Shown here piece after piece: positions 40,721 to 51,051 of a DNA stretch of 64,000 bases. Source of the stretch: Octopus vulgaris. Its lineage: Eukaryota. The DNA lies in the NCBI GenBank assembly GCA_951406725.2, contig OX597831.1:56110001-56174000 (forward strand), written 5' to 3'. How positions within the stretch are numbered: the stretch's first letter is position 1; every line of letters begins with the position of its first letter. The notes under the pieces were generated by a model. It was not told the origin of the DNA and searched no databases. It worked only from the letters and a program-made list of their open reading frames with translations. The translations under genes were made by a program, and so were the position numbers.

Positions 40721-41776
40721 CCCACATGAAGAAGTATCTTGATACTTTGTTACTACATGGCTGGGCCAACTGCAGAATTAACAGTTGTCCCCATCCCTCA
40801 TAAGGCTGTGTACCTATTGCTTAGATACATACCTATGGATTCCACCCCATTTAGCCATAATACATATGGTGAGGGATGTAATTAACTCTTGACCCACCCA
40901 TTCAATAAGTTGTGAATTAACTCTAATAGAACAATTTATATTTTCATTTTCTCAAATATATATTTCTTCTACATCTTCCATGAAAGTTGAAAATTACTTC
41001 ATTTTGATATTCGCCACTTTATTTCTTCATCAGTAAACTTAGTTTTCACAAATGTGAGGGCATGTTTGCAATGAATAATATAATGTAAGAATGTTCATAG
41101 AGGTAAAAAAATACTCTCTATTAGAATAAACATATGGTTATACATGCATACTGATGTATTTAAAGTCAATGATATCATCAGTTGATGACCAGTCATTCTG
41201 AAAATGACATTTGCAAGGAACTTGCAGTAATAATGTGAAATAATTAAACTTCAAATACATTAATGTCTATATTGCTTAAATTCTTTAAGTTTATTTTAGC
41301 CATCATTGGCTAAGGCCATTGCTGTATAATGCCTTCATCATCATCGTTTAACATCCGTTTTCCATGCTAGCATGGGTTGGATGGTTCAACTGGGGTCTGG
41401 GAAGCCAGGAGGCTGCGCCAGGCCCAGTCTGTTCTGGCAGTGTTTCCACAGCTGGATGCCCTTCCTAATGCCAACCACTCCGAGAGTGTAGTGGGTGCTT
41501 TTTATGTGCCACCTGCACAGGTGCCAAATGAGGCTGGCAAACAGCCACGGTCGGATGGTGCTTTTTACGTGCCACCAGCACAGGGGCCAGACGAGGCTGG
41601 CAACGGCCACAATCGGATGGTGCTTTTTACGTTGGTTATATAAGTTTCTCATGTTATATGGGGTATCATTCCTGTTTCTCTCTTGTCCATTACTATAGTC
41701 ACACATTAAAACAAAGTAGCAGTTAATAACACTGTAACAAAATTTTTATTTTATTTTATTTTGTTTTGTTTTTTTT

Positions 41777-42223
41777 TTTTGTCTTTGGTCAGTAAGTGTT
41801 ATTTCCTATTTGCTTTTATCTAGAAATCAAAGGAAATAACTGCTATTCCCTTCAAACTTTGCTTTTATTGACCTGGACATCAATGTTTTGAAACTGATCT
41901 ATTTTTCATTACATTTCAAACAGATTCAGCTTTGAGTTGCTGAAGCAGAAATACCATTATAGCAAATATTCTGCTTAATACCACAGATTTGTTTGTCAGT
42001 TGCTTGACCATAACCACTTGAGCATGTCCTTTAGTGGCTGACAATATGTGCGTCTTTGATCGTGAGCAGGAGTAGTTGGGGGAGTATCATAACCAGGTGA
42101 TGAGAGGGATTCTTTAAGGTTTGAATAAATATAACAAAAGCAAAGTTTGAAGGAAATATTTGCCATTTTTCATACTTTCTAGGGTTAAGCAAATAGGAAA
42201 CAAGTTACTGCCCAAAGACAAAA
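41777..42223. mobile_element. MITE with ~95-bp imperfect TIRs just upstream of HBS1L exon 4
   Basis: TTTTGTCTTTGGTCAGTAA...TTTCCTATTTGCTT...CCTTCAAACTTTGCTTTT is inverted at 42133-42223. Confidence 0.7.
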
Positions 42224-42306
42224 GTTGTGTTACACAGTGTAATCATAATATATACAAATGAGTTTTTATTTGATTTGTTTCTCTTTCTTTTGCCATTTTT
42301 ATTCAG

Positions 42307-42441
42307 CTCGTTTAAACCACTGTTTGGATAAGATTCACGAGGTGCTTGGGGACATTCATCAAGATGATATCCTTGTGGAGTGCATTAAAAGGCATAACTA
42401 TGATACAGAAGCTGCTTTAAATGAATTGCTTGCCACACCAG
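42307..42441 (+). CDS. HBS1L: HBS1L coding exon 4, HBS1 N-terminal helical domain (ARLNHCLDKIHEVLGDIHQDDILVECIKRHNYDTEAALNELLATP)
   Basis: ttttattcag acceptor and G|GTAATG donor. 135 nt. Resembles the HBS1_N domain (human ARLYSCLDHMREVLGD...FDVQKAL). Confidence 0.93.
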
Positions 42442-44130
42442 GTAATGAGATATGTATATGTGTGTGTATGGGTGTGCATAACATGTTTATATGTCTTTAA
42501 GACTGCAGTATGTCATATATGTATCTGTGTGTGTGTGTGTTTGAGAGAGAGAGACCTAATTGAGCAAACCTATGATCAGTGGCATGCTAATTGTCCATAC
42601 TTTTTTCTTTATTCTGGCTAGAACTACAATATTCAATGTATCCATACCATTTTTTTTTTGCTTTCAAATAAGGATCTAATTTGAGGAATATTTGGCTGTT
42701 AGTTCTAGTAAATCAAGCAACCACATAGTGACTCTGTTGTTGGCTTGTGTGTATATGTATGTGCACATGCATGCATAAACATACACACACACACAATTCT
42801 TTTTTGGAATGGTGGATTTCGAAGCAGATAAAGTTATAAATAGTGTGTAATAACAATGTGTAAATATTGGGTGAAAAAAATCTTTTGGACAGAAAGAGTC
42901 GAAGGACATGTATATGTAGTTGATAATAATTTCTCTAAAATTCAAAAATTTGAAAACCTCCAAAATCCCAAATATTTTCCAAGTGAGAGAAATGTCAAAT
43001 AGAAAATTTCAGAATGTGCTTAGAAGGTTCCCTGGAAATGGGCAGCTGTTGTAATCTAAACCATCATAGATTTGTTTTGGTAAAAAACAAAACTTCTCAA
43101 AGTGAAACTGAACTAGCATTAAATTTATATAAACTGTCTTCATAACATATGTAAAAACTTTTTTTATGCAATGTGAATGAAGAACATATTTAGACTTGGG
43201 TTCCATCCCCATGTTATCCTACCTTAAAGATGAAAAATATACAGTCTTGCTGAAATCTGAAATATTTTCAGTCCCAAGTATTTTGGATAATGAGTTATCA
43301 GATATATCATTACTATCATTGAATTCCTTTTATTCTTTTACGTATTACAGTAATTTGACTGTGGCCATGCTGGAGCACCATCTATTGGTTTAAAAAAATT
43401 TTTTTTTCCTCAACTGCTAAGTTATGGAAGGCATAAACACACCAACTCTAGTTGTCAAGTGGTGATGAGGGGACAAACATAGTCACACACACATATATAC
43501 ACAACAGCTTCTTTCAGTTTCTGTCTACCAAATCCATACACAAGGCTTTTGTTGACCCAAAGCTATAGTAGAAGATATTTGTCCAAGGTTCCACACAGTG
43601 GGACTGAACTTGAAACTATGTGGTTAGGAAGCAAGCTTCTTACCTCACAGACACTTTTCCATGCTTGCATGTGTCAGACTGAATTTATTCAGGGAAATTT
43701 TCTACTGCTAGCTACCCTTCCTGTTGCCAGCCCCACATGTTTCTAAGCAAGGTGATATTTCCCCCATGGCCAGACATGTTTTTCACAGAAGACTAGAAAC
43801 AAACAATGCTGCATGTATAATAGTGACACTCATTTACAGCCATCACATGATGTCAAGAAAAGGGTATACACATACAATGGGCTTCTTTCAGTGTCCATCT
43901 ACCAAGTCCACTTACAAGGCTTTAGTCAGCTGGGGCTATAGTAGAAGACATTTGCCCAAGGTGCTGCACTGTGGGACCAAATTTGAGACCACATAGTTGG
44001 GAAGCAAGCTTCTTAACCACACAGCCATGCCAGCACCTTATATATGAATATAAGGGAAAATTAAACATGTTATAAATTCTTTATTTTCATCCATTATTGT
44101 TACTGTTATGATCATTTGATATTGTTTCAG

Positions 44131-44178
44131 GTGCACCAAAACCACAGAGACGACCCAGAGAGGGACGTAAATCACTAG
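44131..44178 (+). CDS. HBS1L: HBS1L probable coding exon 5, 48-nt basic mini-exon (GAPKPQRRPREGRKSL)
   Basis: attgtttcag acceptor and G|GTGAAT donor. Phase 1-1 and in frame. GC- and CpG-rich compared with the surrounding intron. Confidence 0.75.
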   Translation: MHQNHRDDPERDVNH

Positions 44179-47100
44179 GTGAATATCTTTTTCAGCTCGT
44201 CTTTCAATTAATCTTGTCTTTAGTCTTCATGTTAAATAGAGGATATCTACTTTACTAATGCAAACATCGAGATATGGTATTTAGCTAATAATGTAAATTA
44301 TCTTGCATGTCTTTAAGTATTTCAGTCTAATTTAGAATTTACCTTAGATTTCTTGTTATCATTAGTTGAGCTGCTAAATTAAGCTGGTCATTTTTAGTCC
44401 CTCCTTGGATTTCAGTCTCTGTTAAAATGATATAAGTATTGCTAAGAAAATCTGATGTTGCATTTGGTTTTTCAAAATTTAATACCCATCTTTCTATAAA
44501 CTTCTAAGTGAGTGGAGGATTGATTACGACTGCATAAAGGAAATTTTTTTCTTAGAAAGAAAACTACTGCTGTTAGCTTTACTATTTTAATCTCTAAAGA
44601 ATATTTATTTATTTAGTAGAAGATAAATGCTTATGGATATAGTTGGCCAGTCAGCTACACTGTAGATGTTTTATTTTACTGACTATGAGGGAGTAGGGAA
44701 GTGTTGTCACTTTGAGGCTGTAGCTTTCATTACACTCTTGCTTCAGTTTTATCTCATCCTTTTATATAATCTGATAAAGCTCCTTCATTGTTATCTGAGA
44801 ATCAATGTGCCACAATTGAGACGCATGGTAACTGTAAAGGAAGTGTCTATAGTATTTTTAGGGAAGAATACAACATAATGGGGTTCCTGTTGCCGTTCTT
44901 CTAGTTCATAGTATTTGACTCAATATCAATACTGCATATAACAAAATAGTCATCCATTACTCTCAACAAACTGGCTTTTCTGTCCCCTAGATTGAAAATC
45001 CAGTTGTTTTACACCTGCAGCAAATGTACATTAAGAATGATAGTATCTTTGCACATTAACTAAAGTTTGATAAGGACACATATTGTCATGATGTTGATTA
45101 TGTAAATGAATTGTTTACTTACATTCGACCTTGCTTTAATGCTCACTGTATCTCCTGTTGATATGGGTTAGTCAGTTCTGCAAATTCCAAGATTTATGTA
45201 TGATTATGTTATTACATATTTCTCAGTCTAGAATAATGGAGTTTTTTTTTCACTCTTTTCCCATTTAAAAAAGCAACTACATTAATTGGTACATTTTTAC
45301 TAATTTATATCAAATTATATTTGTTTTTATCAAATTTAACAAAAGTCCTTTTTTTGTTGTCTAAGACGCACATACAGTAGCATACCATCTTGTGGTAGTT
45401 GTTCAAACTAAATAGTAATAGTGTTTTGTTTTTTAGTTAGTGAATTCAATATCATCATTCTCATCATCATTATTTCAATGTCTGCTCTGAACAAATTTTA
45501 ATGTTATAAATGATGAATAAAATTGTCTTACTTTAAATTTCAAATCTTTAAGATAAAAATTAAACCTAGCAACCTTATATACCCTGTAGATGAAAGTCTC
45601 AAGTTGGTAGAATACATTGAATTCAACAGTCAGTTACAATTTTGGATCTTTGAATTATATATTTCATCACCCCTTGCTTACAAACATATGAAGAATAGAG
45701 TGAAATTTGATGATGTATGTTTTCACAAAAAGTTTTAGAAATAACAATAGCATGTGGGTGAGAACTTATTCAATCTAGAAATTGTACATTGAGACAGGAG
45801 CAGCCAGGTACCAGACTGTTCACTGTGCCCAACATCATGGTTAGAGGTTTGTCTATTGTTAACTTATATTTTTTTATTCTATTTAAATGAATGCTGCTGG
45901 ATTAACCTTGTTGTTAATATGGATAGATAGTTAAACTTCAAAAAAATTCAAAAATAATTAACAAAAAATTCCTGAATTCATTTTTTAAAAAATAAGTGTC
46001 ATGACCAAAAGGATCAATTAATAATTGTTAATAATAATTGTGAATCAACATAATCCAATTTCTAATACGTCTTACCTTATTCACTTACATAAATAGTTTA
46101 AACAATTCCTCAGCCTCTGTGAAGTTCTTCACATGATTTTGTTTCACAGGTGAATCTGTTGAGCTGTCTTCCTTTAGATATCTTGGGATTATTTTTAATC
46201 AGAAATACTTCAGGTTGTATTTAACTAAATAGCACCACCTGATTAGCTACACAAAAAATAAAAAGTACTTTCCTCTCTCCCTTGCCTGTGTGTATAGCTT
46301 ACATAAAGTTTCTTGTTGACAGTTTGAATATAATTAAGGAAAATGTCTGTCGTTTATGCTTTATAATTACCTTTTTTATTAATTTTTATGGAAAAGATAT
46401 TGTTTAAGGATCATTACTTGCATATTATAACTAGTTGTAGATTGTAGATATATTTAAAAATTAACTATTTAGTTTTATTCAATTTGGAGAATATCATTGC
46501 GTGTTGATTTCGTGACGCCCAACCCAACTATATGAAAAGTCTGCATCTTCCATTAGATAAAACATGAGAAAGAAGAGTCAATTCAGTTGATATTTAGCTG
46601 AAGGTGGCATGAAGTGGGTTGCAGTTTTAGATATGTTCTACATACTTGGTCATAATGAAAAAAACCATCAGAGATTACAATGGTTAACTTTTATAGAGAA
46701 TAGATTAGTTTTTAGATGTTTTTTCATGTATGTATGTGGGTGATAATATGTATAGTGTATGTGTCTTGGTACTTTTGAATGAGGTTAGGATATTCCAAGA
46801 ACATTTTTGGATGTAGTAGATCTACAGGTTGTTATATGAGTGATGCCAGTGTGAATGGTTAAGTAAGTGTGGAGGGTGATATTGTGTGTGTGGTTAGCTG
46901 TAACAGTGAGCATGTAATTTGTGAGAAAGAAGGGTGGATTAGATATAGATATAATTGGATCCCAAGGCACAACTGAGATGGTAGAATTCAGAAAGAACTC
47001 TTTTTGCACTATTTGACGGAGTTGTCTATTTAGAATTCTTAAATTTTATGTGAGATCATCATCATCATCATCATCGTCCGTTTTCCATGCTAGCATGGGT

Positions 47101-48896
47101 TGGACAGTTCAACTGGGGTCTGAGAAGCCAGGAGGCTGCGCCAGGCCCAGTCTGGTCTGGCAGTGTTTCTACAGCTGGATGCCCTTCCTAACACCAACCA
47201 CTCCGAGAGTGTAGTGGGTGCTTTTTATGTGCCACCTGCACAGGTGCCAGATGAGGCTGGCAACGGCCACAATCGGATGGTGCTTTTTACTTGCCATCGG
47301 CACAGAGGCCAGTCGAGATAAGTGCAGTAAATAGGCAACTTTGCCAGGGCGTTCTCATGTCTCGTGGTTTAAGGTTCTACTGATGTATCAAGGCTTATAT
47401 GTAAGAATAAGAGCAATAGACAACTGATGTGTGACATTAGAGAGCATATTGGAGGTATTCTAAGAAAAACTTATGTGGGGTTGCTGAAGTTGATAATGAG
47501 AAAGCTGTTTGTAACTGTTTCTACTGTTGTTAAAATATTGTAAAAGAGAGTCATATTTAGTTATAGAGCTTTCTCATTTTTGGTCTGGAATATACTGTTG
47601 TATTTTTCCATTATTTGCTACTTATACTGATGTAGAGAAAAGCTGTTTGATGAATATAAAGGTCAGATTGAGAGTGATAGTATCACAGAATCAAGACGGG
47701 TCCTTTGTTGCATGGATGTGATTACAGAAGTTTCTGCATTTGATGTCTTTTTGCACATGCTAGAGTGTGTGGAATGAGTTTGTCTGCAGGGGTACACATC
47801 CATTTGGATTGAATTGTGGCAAACAAAAAGATCTATGAAATTGATTGATGTCTTATAGGCAAGTGACCAGTAAGTCCATTTGCATTTCAACAAAGAAGAC
47901 AGTGTGCAAGCTGCATCTTTTTGTATATCTAGCACTACATTGTCCAATGCTTCCTTCCTGTTTTAAGATAGTAGGGCGTAATGTGAGGGAGATTAGGTTA
48001 AATGACAATGCAGAGGTTCATGTTTATGGTGAATTCTAAAAATAGGTAGATATTTCCTAAGTGGTGACTGAGTGATTTCCTCCTCGTATTTTTTCTGCAT
48101 GTGACCCTATTTAAGATTCTTAAGTTGTAGACTACAATTATTTGGACTTTCTTACATACACCGGATTATATTCTGTGTTTAGAAATATATAATATTATCA
48201 TTAGGAACTAGAGCTGCATTGTGTTCCTGGCAAAAAGCACCTAACACTTAAATCAGCATTCGTAACTCTAAATGATAGCTGACTGTTGTAAGTAGTAAAA
48301 TTTCTATATGTGTATATCTGAGTTTTTCATCAGCTTGTAATGTGGTACTCACATCCTTTCATGACCTACTGAAATGAGGATGAATTATACTTGTAACCGA
48401 ATTAAATTAAAAATTGTTCCCCAGATATTTGTGGGTATGTACTATCAATTGAAATCAATTTACAGGTTAGCTTTAGTTGATTCAAATTAGTCTAAACTTC
48501 TTATTTACATTTGTAATATATAAAAAAAAGGAGGTTTATAAAATTGTAAATTTTCTTTGATAGATGTGTGTAGCTTTTGTACACTTTATGTAAACAGCTC
48601 TTGGAAGTTGATACCTCTTTTTAACTATAATTTTACTTGTAGCATCTTCTGTTTTTATCTTGATTTTACTATAAATTAAAATTTTGGTGTTTGCAAAATT
48701 TTGTGGGGGTTTTTTGTTTTTTTTACAAATGAATGTTGTATTTGATGACCAGTTAATGGACTGATGCAGGTGTTGTGTGCCTTGACTAGGATTGCAGTGG
48801 TGTAAATATTTTCTATGTCACCTCTATTGGTGTTCATGGAAATAAATACTAAATATTTTTGGTTATTTAGTTGGAATTTTAAAATAATAATAAACA

Positions 48897-49085
48897 TTCT
48901 AACGAGAGCCTTTCTTTTTTTTTCTTTTTTTTTTTCTTCTTTTCTTTCATGACATCTCCCTCTTGTCTCCTACTTCTACCATTTAAAATTTTTGGTAATG
49001 TGTGGAATATGCTGCCATCGTCTGGTTTCTGATTGGTTGAAACTTCTGCTCCTACTACTTCATATTAATTTTTGGCTTTTGTAAG
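48897..49085 (+). promoter_or_regulatory. Candidate distant branch point, polypyrimidine tract and AG-exclusion zone for the alternative exon
   Basis: TTCTAAC at 48897-48903, a ~40-nt T/C tract from 48909, and no AG dinucleotide from 48909 to 49083. Confidence 0.5.
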
Positions 49086-49111
49086 GTAAGACTTTTCTCT
49101 ATGTGAATTAG

Positions 49112-50892
49112 ATGATAGTTTTTGTAATCAAAATTACTGTACAAGTCCTACAGATTGTAATCAGTTTTCAGACAGGAATTTTCAAACATTTGCATGTCGA
49201 AGAATGAATAGTGTAGGAGATGAGGAATGCTCTTCATATGAAAGTGCAATTTCAGACAACTTTGAAGTTGAGATCTTTCAGCGAAAAACCTCTGAAAGTG
49301 AAGATAGTCAAGAAGATCAGCTAGTATCATTAGATCAGAAAATGAGTAAGAATTCCATTCAAGAAGAGAATCAGGAAAGTTGTTTACTGCCTTCTAATCA
49401 TACAATGGAAGGTGATTTTGAGACACACGGGGTTGGGAATTCGTCACCCTCACTTTGTCAGAAGCTTTCAACTGATAGCAACACTGCTGCAGTAAGTAGT
49501 GTAACAAAGCCAAAATTAAAAAATGGATCTAATAAGCAGGAACTTATGAATTTGTTTGAAAAAGCAAAAAAGAATAAAGAACAAATGGAAAAAGATGCCA
49601 AATTTTCGTCTGTCAATAAATTTGGTCATTCTTTGTCTGATGGAATTGAAAAAAATACATGGCTAGAAGATTGTGAAGACAGTTCTGATATTGGAGATAA
49701 ACCAATTAGCTTGTCTTCGTTGATTAAACAGGAAAGTGGTTTTAAGTCTTCACTTGGTGATCTTGATAATCAGAGATACAAGAAGACAAATGATGATAAA
49801 CAATGTATAAAAGATCCACCTAAAGATAAATGTAGTTGTGCTGAAACCTGTCCACAAGAAACTTGTGAAAACTGTTCCAAAAATAGAAAATTTCCTCCCA
49901 AGAACACAGATAAGACAAGTTTAGCTGACTTAACAAAAACCCGTTTTAAGCTTGATTCAGATGTTTCCCTGTTTGATACTGAACCGGTGAAGAAAGACAA
50001 AAAACTTAAAACTTCACAAAAACAAACTCAGAAACCGATTCAGTTTTCTTCAGATATTTCAAAAAGTAGTTTTGCAAAAACATTTGATTTTTCGAGACCA
50101 TCTAAAAATAAGAGTGCCTCTAAACATCTTGAGTTGCTTAAGAATACATCTGAGAAGAATCCCTTGCAAAATCCAAAGGAGATTTGCTCAAATATAAATA
50201 GTTCACCTCCTCCTCAAACTGTTACGGGATTTTCATTGTGTGATCTCACTAATCATAAATTTTCTACTTTTCCTAAGAAAGAAAATGACACTACTTTCCC
50301 TTCTCACCTCAATGACTCTAAATACAATCTAGAAGTTAATGAGGAAGAAGAACTCAAAGAATCATCATTCAAAGATGACGACTGTTTGGATTCTGCATTT
50401 TCTCTAGGAAGTTTGATTAGTCAAGTAAACCTTGAACTTAGCCCCAAGTCTGATTACATTACTGAAAATAGGCTTGAAGATTTATGCAAGAAACCTAAGG
50501 AAACTAAGCCCAATCCAGAAAGCACTCCAGTTCACAAAACTAATAATGATAATCCTAGTTGTTCCCAGAAAGAAAACAACACATATTTAACTAAAGAACA
50601 TCCTGATGTGCAAATCCAGAAAACTGCATTCAAAGAGCCTGTTTCCTTATTTGGAAAAGTAATTTCCTACAGAGCACAGAAGTGTTCCAGCAATTCTACA
50701 AAGAAGCTGAAATATCCAAAATTTTCATATAAGGTGCAAATGAATGGAATATCTACAAACTGGGAGTCAACTTTATTCCATCATATCACACCATTTGATT
50801 TCTCTACACCATCACCAGATGATGTTGTAAAAACACGACAGAAGCAAGCCTATCACCATCGAGCGCCAATTGCAGTTGAAGCAAATAGCTGA
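49112..50892 (+). CDS. HBS1L: HBS1L alternative terminal exon encoding a SKI7-like (HBS1LV3-type) exosome-adaptor C-terminus; 5' boundary uncertain (in-frame phase-1 acceptors give starts at 49091, 49112, 49154 or 49172)
   Basis: The frame is open from 49090 to TGA 50892 and includes the 562-aa ORF 49204-50892. The sequence is S/K/D/E-rich and low complexity. It ends with PVSLFGKVI...KFSYKVQ...ITPFDFSTPSPDDVVKTRQKQAY, collinear with the Ski7-like motifs of the short HBS1L isoform. Phase is compatible with exons 4 and 5. Confidence 0.9.
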
Positions 50893-51041
50893 TAAAAATT
50901 TGAATGGTTTCTATTCATGTTATTTTCTGTTTGTTACTGAGAAAGTCCGTTTTAATTTAAATCACATGCATAAAGCCCTGTCATATTTGTAAATACTTTA
51001 CTTTTATATTTTTTTATTTAACTACACCACCGTAATTTTTT

Positions 51042-51051
51042 AATAAATAAA
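51042..51051 (+). terminator. Candidate polyadenylation signal (overlapping AATAAA) for the short SKI7-like isoform
   Basis: taataaataaaa about 150 nt after the stop at 50892. A further AATAAA lies at 51462. Confidence 0.6.

Noticed and set aside
46150-46213. Possible extra exon GESVELSSFRYLGIIFNQKYF
   Set aside because: Weak donor that would not keep phase 1. FRYLGIIF looks like a LINE RT remnant.
49204-50892. 562-aa ORF as a stand-alone single-exon gene
   Set aside because: The frame is open upstream to 49090, with phase-1 acceptors matching the HBS1L exons, and there is no promoter-like region. The C-terminal motif is that of the HBS1L short isoform.
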